Shown piece after piece: positions 22,101 to 32,152 of a stretch of DNA of 35,894 nt. This stretch comes from Octopus bimaculoides (taxonomy: Eukaryota), in contig NC_069008.1 in NCBI RefSeq assembly GCF_001194135.2, positions 2,976,427 through 3,012,320 of the forward strand. The letters are read 5' to 3'. A model generated the notes under the pieces. The model was not told the DNA's origin and ran no database searches. It was given only the letters and a program-made list of their open reading frames with translations. A program made the position numbers and the translations under genes. Positions within the stretch are counted from its first letter, which is position 1; every line of letters starts with the position of its first letter.

Positions 22101-25100
22101 GCCAGAATGTCCTGTCATGCTGCGTAATCTCTTTTCTTTAAAGACATCCCAAAGCTAAAACAGATATATATACATATATAAATATAAAGAAAATCAATTG
22201 TATATAAATCGTAAAGGTTTTGAATGAACGAAGACCAACTAACTTCATGATCTCGGGTTATGTTGTATTGAGAAGCCCATAAGAAGGGTGAAATAGTGCT
22301 ATCTACAACTACTAAGACACTTAATAAAATGGATTATATGAAAATATTTCATATTCACACTCACTTGTAAGAAAAAGATCTTTCATAATAAGAAAAATTA
22401 TAATCCATGAAGTTGTTCTCTCCCCTTAAAGGGGATCTTTACCTTTATTTCTAAGTAAATTCTTTTTCTCCCCCTTTCTTACTCCAAAAGCATCAATCTC
22501 CAATAAAACTTTCCCACTGGTAGATTATATACCAGCAATGCACCCCGGTGTTGCCCAGGTGTTATGACCAACAGCCACCTTGCATTATTTGTTCCTTCCT
22601 TATGAGTAGAATTGACACACGAGGAGCATGAAGCAAACAACTCTTTATAAACAGATTTTTCAGTCGTTTTCTGATGAACAACGCTGCAGTTCCCATCTAC
22701 CAAATTCAGTCACAAGTTTATGGTTGGCCTAGGGCTACAGTAGAAAACACTTGCCCAAGTACATTGCAGAGGGACTGAACAAGTCCTGGAGTCAATTTCT
22801 TCAACTGTAACCCTTTCAAGTGGTGCTCCAGCATGGCCACAGTCAAATAACCGAAACAAAAGAATGAGACAGCAATCGGGGGACTTACCTCAACAACGCC
22901 TTCACTGGTCCCTACTGCCAAATAGTTGCCCTCTCTCACCCAAGCCACAGAACTAATATAGGCATCGGATGATTCCATTTCTGTCAGCTGTTTGATCTCT
23001 CCGGTACCAGCATTCCAGAGGTAAAGATGTCCAGCCAAAGCTACAGCCAGTTGGTTATTGGCAGACCAATCCAGTAGGTTCAAATCTGAAGCAAAGCACA
23101 GGAAAGGACCAAAATTACAAAACGATGATGGTGNNNNNNNNNNNNNNNNNNNNNNNNNNNNNNNNNNNNNNNNNNNNNNNNNNNNNNNNNNNNNNNNNNN
23201 NNNNNNNNNNNNNNNNNNNNNNNNNNNNNNNNNNNNNNNNNNNNNNNNNNNNNNNNNNNNNNNNNNNNNNNNNNNNNNNNNNNNNNNNNNNNNNNNGGCA
23301 ATAATCTTCATGAAGGACCAGAAGAATTAGCTCAACATGCTGTTGGCACTCCGTCGCTTACGACGTCGAGGGTTCCAGTTGATCTGATCAATGGAGCAGC
23401 CTGCTCGTGAAATTAACGTGCAAGTGGCTGAGCACTCCACAGACACATGTACCCTTAACGTAGTTCTCGGGGGATATTCAGCGTGACACAGTGTGTGACA
23501 AGGCTGACCCCTTTGAATTACAGGCACAACAGAAACAGGAAGTAAGAGCGAGAGAAAGTTGTGGTGAAAGAGTACAGCAGGGTTCGCCACCATCCCCTGC
23601 CAGAGCCTCGTGGAGCTTTGGCTGTTTTCGCTCAATAAACACTCACATTGCACCTCCACACTCAACATGTACAAATCTGATAAGAAGACAGAGTAGAAAT
23701 GATGAAGCCTTAAACCATGATGAAGCCTTAAACCAAATTGCAATTATCTACATAAAGAATCTAACAAACTTATCAACCTTCTTGAAATCTGTATGATGGC
23801 CTCTATTATTCTTTTTTTCCACACAGACAAACCTACACACACCCATGTACACCTTCACACACTGGCACAATGCACCCGAGTATACGTTTTAAGGAACTCA
23901 CAATAATCATCCAAGATCTCTGGAGCATCTAGAATTCTGTCGGAGGTCTGTGGAATGTGTCTGGTAAGCTTCTTACATTGACTGTTCTTACTGGAAGTGT
24001 ACAAGATCCGGAGACTGTTCTGGTGACCTGGCAGAAAGAGGAAGACAAAAAAAACAATCTTTGAATACCATGATAACAATGATAACGTTGATGGTGTTGA
24101 CAACAATCATGATTTGATAACGAAGATGCTGATGTCAACATCAAGGACAATGATCTCTTCCTCTGGTAGAAGAATAATTCCAATGGTGAGGATTAGCAGA
24201 ACTCTTTCGAGTTCCTGAATTTAACCCTTGAGCTTTCAGATCCCTCTCTCAAATGTAATGCTTATTTATTTATTCATTTTACTTTGAAATAATTATGCAT
24301 TATCTCATATATTGGGATTTCAATGATGGGATTGTCCTTTTTAGAAGAACAATGCAGGGTAGGTGAGAGAGGCTGGACCTGGACAGTTTGAACAACAGAT
24401 AGGATATTTGTGCCGGATATGGCGAGTTGGCAGAATCATTAGCATGCTGATCGAAATGCTTAGCGGTATTTTGTCTGCCGATACATTCAGAGTTCAAATT
24501 CCGCCGAGCCTTTCATCCTTTCAGGGTCAATTAAATAAGTACCAGTTACATACTGAGGTTGATATAATCGACTTGATCTGTTTGTCTGTCCTCTCTGGGT
24601 GTATCCCCTTGTGGGCAATGCAAAAAAATAAGAAACATTAGCATGCCCGGCAAAATACGTGGCAGCATGTCACCTGTCTTTATGTTCCGAGTTCAAATTC
24701 CACCGAGGTCGACTTTGCCTTTCATCCTTTCAGGGTCAATTAAATAAGTACCAGTTATGCACTGGAGTCGATGTAATCGACTTAGTCCCTTTGTCTGTCC
24801 TTGTTTGTCCCCTCTATGTTTAGCCCCTTCTGGGCAATAAAGAAACAGATATGGCCAGATTGAATGATAAAGTGTCAACCTCATCGAATTCAGAATTCCA
24901 TCATAAGGCTTAGTTCCTTGTTGCAGTGAGGTGGTTATGCCTCAATGATCTTCAGAGCTATGCCAGCAAAGCACTAGCCCCTGGTAAGGGCCTCCCATGC
25001 TGGACAAGTCAAAGGATAGGAATCAGACTGTGATAAAAAAGGGTTTGTGTAGGGTCAGCACCTCTAGCCAACACAAAAACCAAAGATATGAAAACATTGG

Positions 25101-25485
25101 TCTTTTACTTGTTTCAGTCAATAGACTGTGGCCATTCTGGGGCACCACCTTGAAGGGATTTTCGAACACACTGACTGCAGGACTTACTTTTTTATTTAAA
25201 GCCTGGTACTTATTCTACTGATCTCTTTTGTTGAACTGCTGAGTTACAGGAATGTATACACACCGACATTGATTGTCAAGCAGTAGAAAGGAACAAACAC
25301 AGACATGCAAACAGATACATATATATATATATCTGAGTGGTTGGCGTTAGGAAGGGCATCCAGCTGTAGAAACTCTGCCAAATTTAGATTGGAGCCTGGT
25401 GTTGCCATCTGGTTTTACCAGTCCTCAGTCAAGTCGTCCAACCCATGCTAGCATGGAAAGCGGACGTTAAACGATGATGATGATG

Positions 25486-25518
<33 letters not shown>

Positions 25519-28500
25519 AAAAGCACCATTCGAGCGGGAATGTTAACAGCGTCACCTTACTGACACTTGTGCCGGTGGCACGTGAAGAACAACATTCGTA
25601 CGAGGTCATAGCCAGTGCCACTGGACTGGCCCCTGTGCAGGTGACACATAAAAAACACCATTTTGAACATGGCTGTTGCCAGTACCACCTGACTGGCCCT
25701 CGTGCCGGTACCACGTAAAAGTACCCACTACACTCTCAGAGTGGTTGGCTTTAAGGAAGGGCATCCAGCTGTAGAAACTCTGCCAAATCAGATTGGAGCC
25801 TGGTGCAGCCATCTGGTTTCACCAGTCCTCAGTCAAATCATCCAATCCATGCTAGCATGGAAAGCGGACGTCAATGTTTCCAGTTTCTGTCTACCAAAGC
25901 CACTCACAAGGCTTTGGTTGACCCAAAACAATAGTAGAAGACATTTGCCCAAGGTGGCAAAGTAACAGGATTGAACCCAGAACCATGTGGTTGGAGAAGC
26001 AAACTGCTTGCCACAGAACCACAGGCAATTAGTAATGTCTTAATAACGACACAAGAAGGAAGGAAGGAAGGAAGGATTAAAACAGCCACAACACAATTGA
26101 CAATGGGAGGTTTTTAAAGTGTCAAGGCCAGGATTTTGGATGCTGTTCAGCTGCTTCGTTAAATAGATTTCTGTTGAGAAATGGTCCTTTTGTTTTAATT
26201 AAGACTGGAAAATAATGAACAATTCATAAAAATAAATTTCTTCTTATAACACTGGTATCTTTTACTTGTTTCAGATATCAGACTGTGGCCATGCTGGAGC
26301 ACTGCATCGACCCCAGGACTTATTCTTTGTAAGCCTAGTACTTATTCTATCGGTCTCTTTTGCCGAACTGCCAAGTTACGGGGACGTAAACACACCAGCA
26401 TCAGTTGTCAAGCAATGTTGGGGGGACAAACACAGACACATAAACATATACATACACACACACATATATATATACGATGGGCTTCTTTCAGTTTCCGTCT
26501 ACCAAATACACTCACAAGGCTACTTACTACACAGCCACTCCTACGCATAAGGGTTAGGGTTAGGGTAAAAATGTGTTTTTTATGGTAGTCTGACCTTAGA
26601 GTCCCTCAGAGCGTGAGGCTTTATTGTATAGCAATGCCCTTATATAAATAAATGTATATATATATATATATATATGCACAGGCATGGCTGTATGGTAAGA
26701 TGTTTGTCCCCTCTGTGTGTAACCCCTTGAAGGCAATAAAGAAAGAAGAATAAGTATCAGGCTAAAAAAAAAAAAAATTACTGGGATCGATTCATTCAAC
26801 TAAAACTCTTCAAGGCAGTGCCCCAGCATGGCCACAGTGTAATGACTGAAACAAGTTAAAAGATAACAGAACAGAGGAATCACACACACACATCAGACAG
26901 TAGGATGAGATGTACGAGGGGGGGAGGATTTAGCTGCTATTTCTACCAGGTCTAGCTACCAATGTAGAGGTCTTGCTCATTGTTCTTGTGATGGTTGAGT
27001 GTATGTANNNNNNNNNNNNNNNNNNNNNNNNNNNNNNNNNNNNNNNNNNNNNNNNNNNNNNNNNNNNNNNNNNNNNNNNNNNNNNNNNNNNNNNNNNNNN
27101 NNNNNNNNNNNNNNNNNNNNNNNNNNNNNNNNNNNNNNNNNNNNNNNNNNNNNNNNNNNNNNNNNNNNNNNNNNNNNNNNNNNNNNNNNNNNNNNNNNNN
27201 NNNNNNNNNNNNNNNNNNNNNNNNNNNNNNNNNNNNNNNNNNNNNNNNNNNNNNNNNNNNNNNNNNNNNNNNNNNNNNNNNNNNNNNNNNNNNNNNNNNN
27301 NNNNNNNNNNNNNNNNNNNNNNNNNNNNNNNNNNNNNNNNNNNNNNNNNNNNNNNNNNNNNNNNNNNNNNNNNNNNNNNNNNNNNNNNNNNNNNNNNNNN
27401 NNNNNNNNNNNNNNNNNNNNNNNNNNNNNNNNNNNNNNNNNNNNNNNNNNNNNNNNNNNNNNNNNNNNNNNNNNNNNNNNNNNNNNNNNNNNNNNNNNNN
27501 NNNNNNNNNNNNNNNNNNNNNNNNNNNNNNNNNNNNNNNNNNNNNNNNNNNNNNAAGAAATGGGGAAGAGTAGTGGTGGCTGTGGTGGTGACGGCAGGGG
27601 AGGGGGGGATTTGATGGTGGTGGTGGTGGCAGTGCTGATGGTGGTGGTGCTAGGGGTGATGCTGTTGATGGTGGTGGTGGTGTGTGATGCTGTACAAATG
27701 ACATTGTAGGGTAGATGTCAGAGGCCAGATTTTAACAGTTTGAATATAAATGTTGACTATTCAAGCATGATACAGCTAGTTTAAATATCAAAAGGTTAAT
27801 GCTTGTGGACAAGACAAGGTGACTTCCATATTTCAGGGTTGACATCCATCATATTCATGTTGAAATATTTCATTTCATCTAAAGTTTACCTCATTAATTG
27901 GATGTTCCCTATTTTACTGGACAGGACAAATGGGTTTATAAATTTTTAACCATGATGCACCGACAGTGTGCCAAAGGTTAATCAACAACAAATTAATCAA
28001 TGAATTTTCCTTACCCTTTTTATTCCCTTTTCTTCCACCTCACCACCTATCTACAACGCATTTGTCGCTAGAATTGTACCTCCTGCCACTGCCGTCACCA
28101 CAAGGGAGAAAACTCATACGGTGACATGATGCACCTACAGTATGCTAAAGGTTAATCAATGAACTTTCCTTGCCGTTTTCATCTGGACTTTATACTCCCT
28201 TTTCTCCCACCACACCACACCACCACCTCCTCATCACCCCACTTATGACTCACCTTCTGGAGCTGTTGGGGGTTTGGCCTTGTATGAAATGATCTTCGAG
28301 CTGAGAATCTCTCCGTTGAGGTTTTCATTCATGATCTTCTGGTACTGCACCTGTGAAGGGCTCCTCATGTCTACCTCCTCATTCTTGGTCGAGTTCTCGT
28401 TCATGATCTTGTAGTAGCCGACATCAAACTGGGTCGAACTGCGATTCGGAATGAAGCGGTCACCGGCAGTTGGTGTCTTTGGAGTCTTCGGTTGTTTCTT

Positions 28501-28871
28501 AGTCTTGCCAGAGTTGGTCTTGCCTGTTGAGTGCGAGAAAGAACAGAACATAAGGGTGACAAGAGGGAGTGAGCTTGAGTGACAGTGACAACAACAAAGT
28601 GACAGTAGAATGAGAGTGACAACAGAAAGCAAATTGTGAGGGTGAAGGGTGTAACTGTTACTTGTTTCAGTCGTTTGACTGTGGCCATGCTGGAGCACCG
28701 CCTTTAGTCGAGCAAATCGACCCAGGACTTATTCTTTGGAAGCCAAGTACTTATTCTATCGGACTCTTTTGCCAAACCGCTAAGTTATGGGGACGTAAAC
28801 ACACCACCATCGGTTGTCAAGCGATGCTGGGGGGACAAAGACACACAAACATATACACACACACACACACA

Positions 28872-28905
<34 letters not shown>

Positions 28906-29725
28906 NNNNNNNNNNNNNNNNNNNNNNNNNNNNNNNNNNNNNNNNNNNNNNNNNNNNNNNNNNNNNNNNNNNNNNNNNNNNNNNNNNNNNNNNNNNNNNN
29001 NNNNNNNNNNNNNNNNNNNNNNNNNNNNNNNNNNNNNNNNNNNNNNNNNNNNNNNNNNNNNNNNNNNNNNNNNNNNNNNNNNNNNNNNNNNNNNNNNNNN
29101 NNNNNNNNNNNNNNNNNNNNNNNNNNNNNNNNNNNNNNNNNNNNNNNNNNNNNNNNNNNNNNNNNNNNNNNNNNNNNNNNNNNNNNNNNNNNNNNNNNNN
29201 NNNNNNNNNNNNNNNNGGGAACTCTCCAGCACACCTTCGTGTGTGTGTGTGTGTACACAAAACATTGTATATATATATATATATGTAATAGAATAATGTA
29301 TTGTATATATATATATATAGCTGGCACGCAGAAAAACATTTGAGTGTGGCCATTGCCAGTACCCCTAGACTGGCCCCTCGTGCCGGTGGCACGTAAAAAA
29401 GAAGCCACTACACTCTCGGAGTGGTTGGCATTAGGAAGGGCATCCAGCTGTAGAAACTCTGCCAGATCAGATTGGAGCCTGGTGCAGCCATCTGGTTCGC
29501 CAGTCCTCTGTCAAATCGTCCAACCCATGCTAGCATGGAAAGCGGATGTTAAATGATGATGATGATATATATATCATCATTTAATGTCTATTATCCATAC
29601 TGGCATAGGTTGGACAATTTGACCAGCGCTGACAAGCTGAAGAGCTGTACCAGGCCTCCACTTTTATATGCCATGATTTCTACAGCTGGATGCCCTTCCA
29701 ATATATATATATATATAAATGCATG

Positions 29726-29766
<41 letters not shown>

Positions 29767-30264
29767 TCAGTAAGCAGCTACAGCATAGCTAAATGGATTC
29801 AAAACCAAATCCAAAATTTTCTTAATTGTCAAATTTCCCAGCTATTGTTTATCTCTTCTCTGCCCTTAGAGATTAATGAGAATGACCTGACCTGACCTCT
29901 GGGCCCTTTTCAGTGTATCCAAGGCTCAAGACAGATAATGGTGAACAAATTCTATTGTTCTCAGCTGACCTACTTTAGTATGTTTAAAAAAAACGAACCG
30001 TTACACAAATACAATAAAAATAACAGGACATAACACACACACACACACACAAAGCACATGTAACAGTACTGCATGAAGTGAAAGACAAGGGTTACCTGTA
30101 CTTTTGGGTGTCTTGCTGGAACCCGGAGTTCTGTTCTGCGACAGCACTTTCATGGGACTCTTCTCGCCACTGGAGATGCTCCTGCTGCTACTGCTACTGC
30201 GAATCTTACCCTCCGTACACTTACGCTGCCTCCGTGAATCTGAAGACAGGTCAAACTGAGACAT
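16008..30264 (-). CDS. CDC20: Cdc20/fizzy, WD40 APC/C co-activator; spliced CDS join(30264-30096, 28523-28254, 24027-23902, 23085-22889, 22154-22060, 20603-20243, 18924-18807, [gap]16148-16008); about 505 aa if ~41 nt are in the gap
   Basis: Exons join in frame with GT-AG sites (lengths 169,270,126,197,95,361,118). Motifs: C-box DRFIPNR, Mad2-binding-motif position [78 protein letters not shown]-terminal IR. The N-terminus MSQF and [10 protein letters not shown] fit Cdc20 rather than Cdh1/Fzr. Confidence 0.97.
16388..17057 (-). mobile_element. Cluster of four family C SINE copies/fragments (best copy 16526-16747)
   Basis: Repeated ACTGGTACTTAT...AAAGTCGACC(T)CGGCGGAATTTGAACTCAGAACGTAGC; head GGCGAGCTGGCGGAAACGTTAGC; B-box-like GAGTTCAAATTCC. 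Confidence 0.85.
17555..18064. mobile_element. Family F MITE interrupted by a family B copy (17680-18008)
   Basis: F sequence stops at ~17658 and resumes after the (GAT)n tail with AGCTTTGAGATAATGCA, ending AATGCTAAAGGG TTA. Confidence 0.7.
17680..18008 (+). mobile_element. Family B copy
   Basis: Two internal units, core and (GAT)n tail. Confidence 0.88.
18065..18262. mobile_element. Family F MITE, second copy
   Basis: GATATCCAGCCAAAATATT...GTAATCTTAA, homologous to the other F copies. Confidence 0.65.
18575..18635. repeat. 30-bp tandem duplication AATCCCTCTA(A/T)GCCCTGTTAATCTGGTA x2
   Basis: Direct reading; units start at 18575 and 18605. Confidence 0.9.
18807..18924 (-). CDS. CDC20: Cdc20 coding exon 7 ([40 protein letters not shown])
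   Basis: Manual translation; acceptor ttgctAG; donor G|GTAAGT; 118 nt. Confidence 0.96.
18975..19200 (+). mobile_element. Family E tRNA-derived SINE (single copy here)
   Basis: A-box TGGCTTAGTGG (18982-18992), B-box GGTTCAATTCC (19026-19036), then GTGTTCTTGAGCAAAACACTT; the cloverleaf is not intact, so it is not a tRNA gene. Confidence 0.65.
19208..19838 (-). mobile_element. Family A SINE with gap and an unrelated insert in its centre
   Basis: 3' half 19208-19375 and 5' half 19661-19838, both reverse complements of family A. Confidence 0.8.
20243..20603 (-). CDS. CDC20: Cdc20 coding exon 6 ([14 protein letters not shown]...IDTKSQ)
   Basis: Acceptor cttctAG; donor CAG|GTGAGA; 361 nt, phase 2 to phase 0. 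Confidence 0.97.
21195..21315 (-). mobile_element. Family B 3' fragment, degenerate
   Basis: TTAACATCCATTTTCCATG...GGATACCCTTCTTAATGCCAACCAC. Confidence 0.6.
21549..21819 (-). mobile_element. Family D element, most complete copy (~270 bp)
   Basis: A-box TGGCATAGTGG (21818-21808), B-box GAGTTTGATTCC (21775-21764), (AAT)n, hammerhead motif, 3' end CTCTTAAATACAGAAC with no poly(A). Confidence 0.88.
21624..21669 (-). ncRNA. Minimal type I hammerhead ribozyme motif (copy 3, core intact)
   Basis: GACAC CTGATGA A AGCTG GAGAGTATAT CAGCC GAAA TG TT GTGTT; CUGAUGA and GAAA are intact, with one mismatch at the base of stem II. Confidence 0.65.
22060..22154 (-). CDS. CDC20: Cdc20 coding exon 5 ([32 protein letters not shown]); not shown in the correct frame in the ORF track
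   Basis: Manual translation; acceptor gttttAG; donor AG|GTAAGT; 95 nt, phase 0 to phase 2. Confidence 0.96.
22700..22866. mobile_element. Rearranged family A fragments (5' part on -, 3' tail on +)
   Basis: ACACTTGCCCAAG...GGGACTGAAC, then GGTGCTCCAGCATGGCCACAGTCAAATAACCGAAAC. Confidence 0.65.
22889..23085 (-). CDS. CDC20: Cdc20 coding exon 4 ([17 protein letters not shown]...[11 protein letters not shown])
   Basis: Acceptor gcttcAG; donor GAG|GTAAGT; 197 nt, phase 1 to phase 0. Confidence 0.97.
23320..23659 (-). mobile_element. Probable SINE body with a deleted tRNA head (single copy in window)
   Basis: Higher-GC non-coding block with a head remnant GTGGAGGTGCAATG; it resembles an octopus repeat from recollection only. 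Confidence 0.35.
23701..23735. repeat. 18-bp tandem duplication GATGAAGCCTTAAACCAT x2
   Basis: Direct reading. Confidence 0.9.
23902..24027 (-). CDS. CDC20: Cdc20 coding exon 3 ([10 protein letters not shown]...[12 protein letters not shown])
   Basis: Acceptor ctttctgccAG; donor T|GTGAGT; 126 nt. Confidence 0.96.
24221..24423. mobile_element. Family F MITE
   Basis: Begins TTAA CCCTT; homologous to 13683-13878. Confidence 0.65.
24421..24846 (+). mobile_element. Two tandem family C SINEs (24421-24636, ~24655-24846)
   Basis: Both have GAGTTCAAATTCC, CCTTTCATCCTTTCAGGGTCAATTAAATAAGTACCAGTT and a GGGCAAT..AA tail. Confidence 0.85.
25102..26012 (-). mobile_element. Family A SINE split by two + strand family B copies (25333-25488, 25520-25872)
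   Basis: The A 3' half (25102-25320) and 5' half (25876-26012) flank the B copies at the central microsatellite. Confidence 0.8.
26259..26546 (-). mobile_element. Family A SINE with internal deletions
   Basis: Tail, body and head remnants in colinear order. Confidence 0.8.
26678..26866 (+). mobile_element. Mosaic of A head, C tail and A-like tail fragments
   Basis: GGCATGGCTGTATGGTAAG + TGTTTGTCCCCTCTGTG...GGCAATAAAGAAA + CCCCAGCATGGCCACAGT...GACTGAAACAAG. Confidence 0.55.
28254..28523 (-). CDS. CDC20: Cdc20 coding exon 2 (C-box DRFIPNR, KIISY, APEG)
   Basis: Acceptor tcaacAG|GC; donor G|GTGAGT; 270 nt, phase 1 to phase 1. Confidence 0.96.
28658..28872 (-). mobile_element. Family A SINE 3' half
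   Basis: Reverse complement of the A tail and body; runs into (CA)/(TA) repeats and a gap. Confidence 0.85.
29325..29700. mobile_element. Tail-to-tail pair of family B copies (+ 29325-29566, - 29573-29700)
   Basis: The (GAT)n and (ATC)n tails meet across (TA)n. Confidence 0.8.
30096..30264 (-). CDS. CDC20: Cdc20 first coding exon ([15 protein letters not shown]...KTPKST/G)
   Basis: Acceptor ttctttcAG precedes 30275, then 11 nt of UTR, ATG at 30264; donor G|GTAACC, phase 1. Confidence 0.88.
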
Positions 30265-31639
30265 CACCAGGCACTCTGAAAGAAGTAACAGTAGTAGTAA
30301 TAGCAATAATAATAATTAATTCGTTTTATTGGCCACAAGGGCTAATATCAATTAAAAACATGTAAGGACAAAGACAGGATGAAGGTTACAAAAGGTTTTG
30401 TCCGAAAAGGTAGGAAAGTTCGTCTAAACAGAGGAAGAAAACGGAGAAAGATATAATAAATAAATAGAACTCCCAAAGGGGGAGGCGCTTCGAAAAAGGA
30501 AAGGTTACGCGTGGAAACCTTTCCTTTTTCGAAAGGGTTCCACGTGTAACCTTTCCTTATAAGAGCACTCAGAAAGCGCTGAGAATATCTGAAATAAACT
30601 CGACTGCTCTCACAAACAAGAATACTGAAAATGAACCCGACAGCAGAAAAATAATCCAGAATCCTTGTCTGGTACCGGACCGATGTCAATGGTAATCATA
30701 GAATGTGAAGGTGGCTGTCCAGGCCATGTTTGTAATGCTGTGTCGTTTGCAGTGGGAACAGGGACAGTTTTCTCTATGAAGGCCTTTTTTTTTAAAGTCT
30801 AACCACTGATATAGTGTCTTTATTATAGTGCCTTTATTAAGGTCTATAGTGAAAAATTTATCTGTCTGTGTGTGAAAGAAAACAGAAAGGACCTGCATAT
30901 GGTGCTGATAATGGAGGTTTAACCACATTGTTGCGTACAAACGAAAATAAAGCTTTGGAAACAGCAACACCGCCATAACTTACATGGAAACCATGAGCAT
31001 GCTTTCATGGGAGATAATCGGAGAAAGACTTGAAAGTCAACCTAAGATCGTAATACTCCATGTAAAGGATTCAAAGTCATGTCCTTACTCAAATACCCAT
31101 TTCCACACCACCCACCCCAAAAAACCAACCTTAAAAAAAAAAATTGACATTTCTAAATTACCACACCAACTAACCCCCATTTCCTTCATTTTTAACTTTT
31201 TTCACAATTTTTTTTTCAAAATATGTGGAAAAATACAGGCATCATGATTCGGACAAAAATTTCAAAACATTTATGTACTTATGGTTACAGGGTTAGGGTT
31301 TTAGGGTTAGTGTTGGGGGGAAAAAGTCAAAATCGAAGTTGTGGGGGGAAAGGGAGTGAAAAAATTTCACAATGCCGATTTTTGGCAATTTTCCGGAATC
31401 TCCGTATCCGTAAACGGGGATATTTGGAAAAAAAAAAAAATTACATAAATAAACAAATTTGGGAGAAAAGGGGAGGGGGAGAGTCTTTCCGATTTTTTAG
31501 TCGATGAAATTGACCCCAGGACTTATTCTTTGTAAGCCTACTACTTATTTTATCGGTCTCGGTTTCGAGTCTCAGGCGGGGCCAAGCGAGGTCCCTACAT
31601 ATATATATAAACGCGCGCGCACGAGTTTATGTTTTACTT

Positions 31640-32152
31640 TTATGCTTGCTTCAGTTACTTAGTCAAACAAATCGAGTAGTGGTGCTCTTTCGAATAGTTA
31701 TGTAACGGAGGCAAACAAATTAACATCGGTTCACAAGTGACACCAGGAGGACAAACACGAAAACCCCAAACATATGACAGGTTTGCGCACCGTTTCTGTC
31801 AACCAAATAATCCTCACAAAGCCACATATGTAGTAAGGAAACTTGCCCAAGGTGTGGTGTGTGCTTTATTCTTCTACTATATAGCCCCGGGTCGACCAAA
31901 ACACCAGGAGTGGATTTGGTAGACGCAAACTGAACGATGCTCATCGTGTTTGTGTGTGCATGTTTTATGCTTGTGTGTCACCACACAGCTTTACAATCGG
32001 TGTTGGTTGGTTCACGTCCCCATAATTGAACAATTTGGCAAAACAAGACGATAAAATAAGTACCACGAACAAAAGTATTGGAGGTAGATTTGTTCGATTA
32101 AACCATTCGAGGCGCGGCCCCAGCATGGCCGCAGTTCAATGACTGGAACAAT
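31640..32152. mobile_element. Old, divergent family A-like fragments in both orientations
   Basis: GGATTTGGTAGACGCAAACTGAA and CCCCAGCATGGCCGCAGTTCAATGACTGGAAC motifs. Confidence 0.55.

Noticed and set aside
22674-22700. CTGATGA followed by a short stem-like sequence
   Set aside because: No GAAA core or stems I/III follow; not a hammerhead.
24880-25085. Block resembling an RTE 5' UTR
   Set aside because: Single degenerate copy; the resemblance is from memory only and no fold or ORF could be verified.
27950-28230. Degenerate direct duplication (ATGATGCACC...AAAGGTTAATCAA twice) just inside the intron after coding exon 2
   Set aside because: Looks like an old local duplication of MITE-end sequence; no coding or structural signal.
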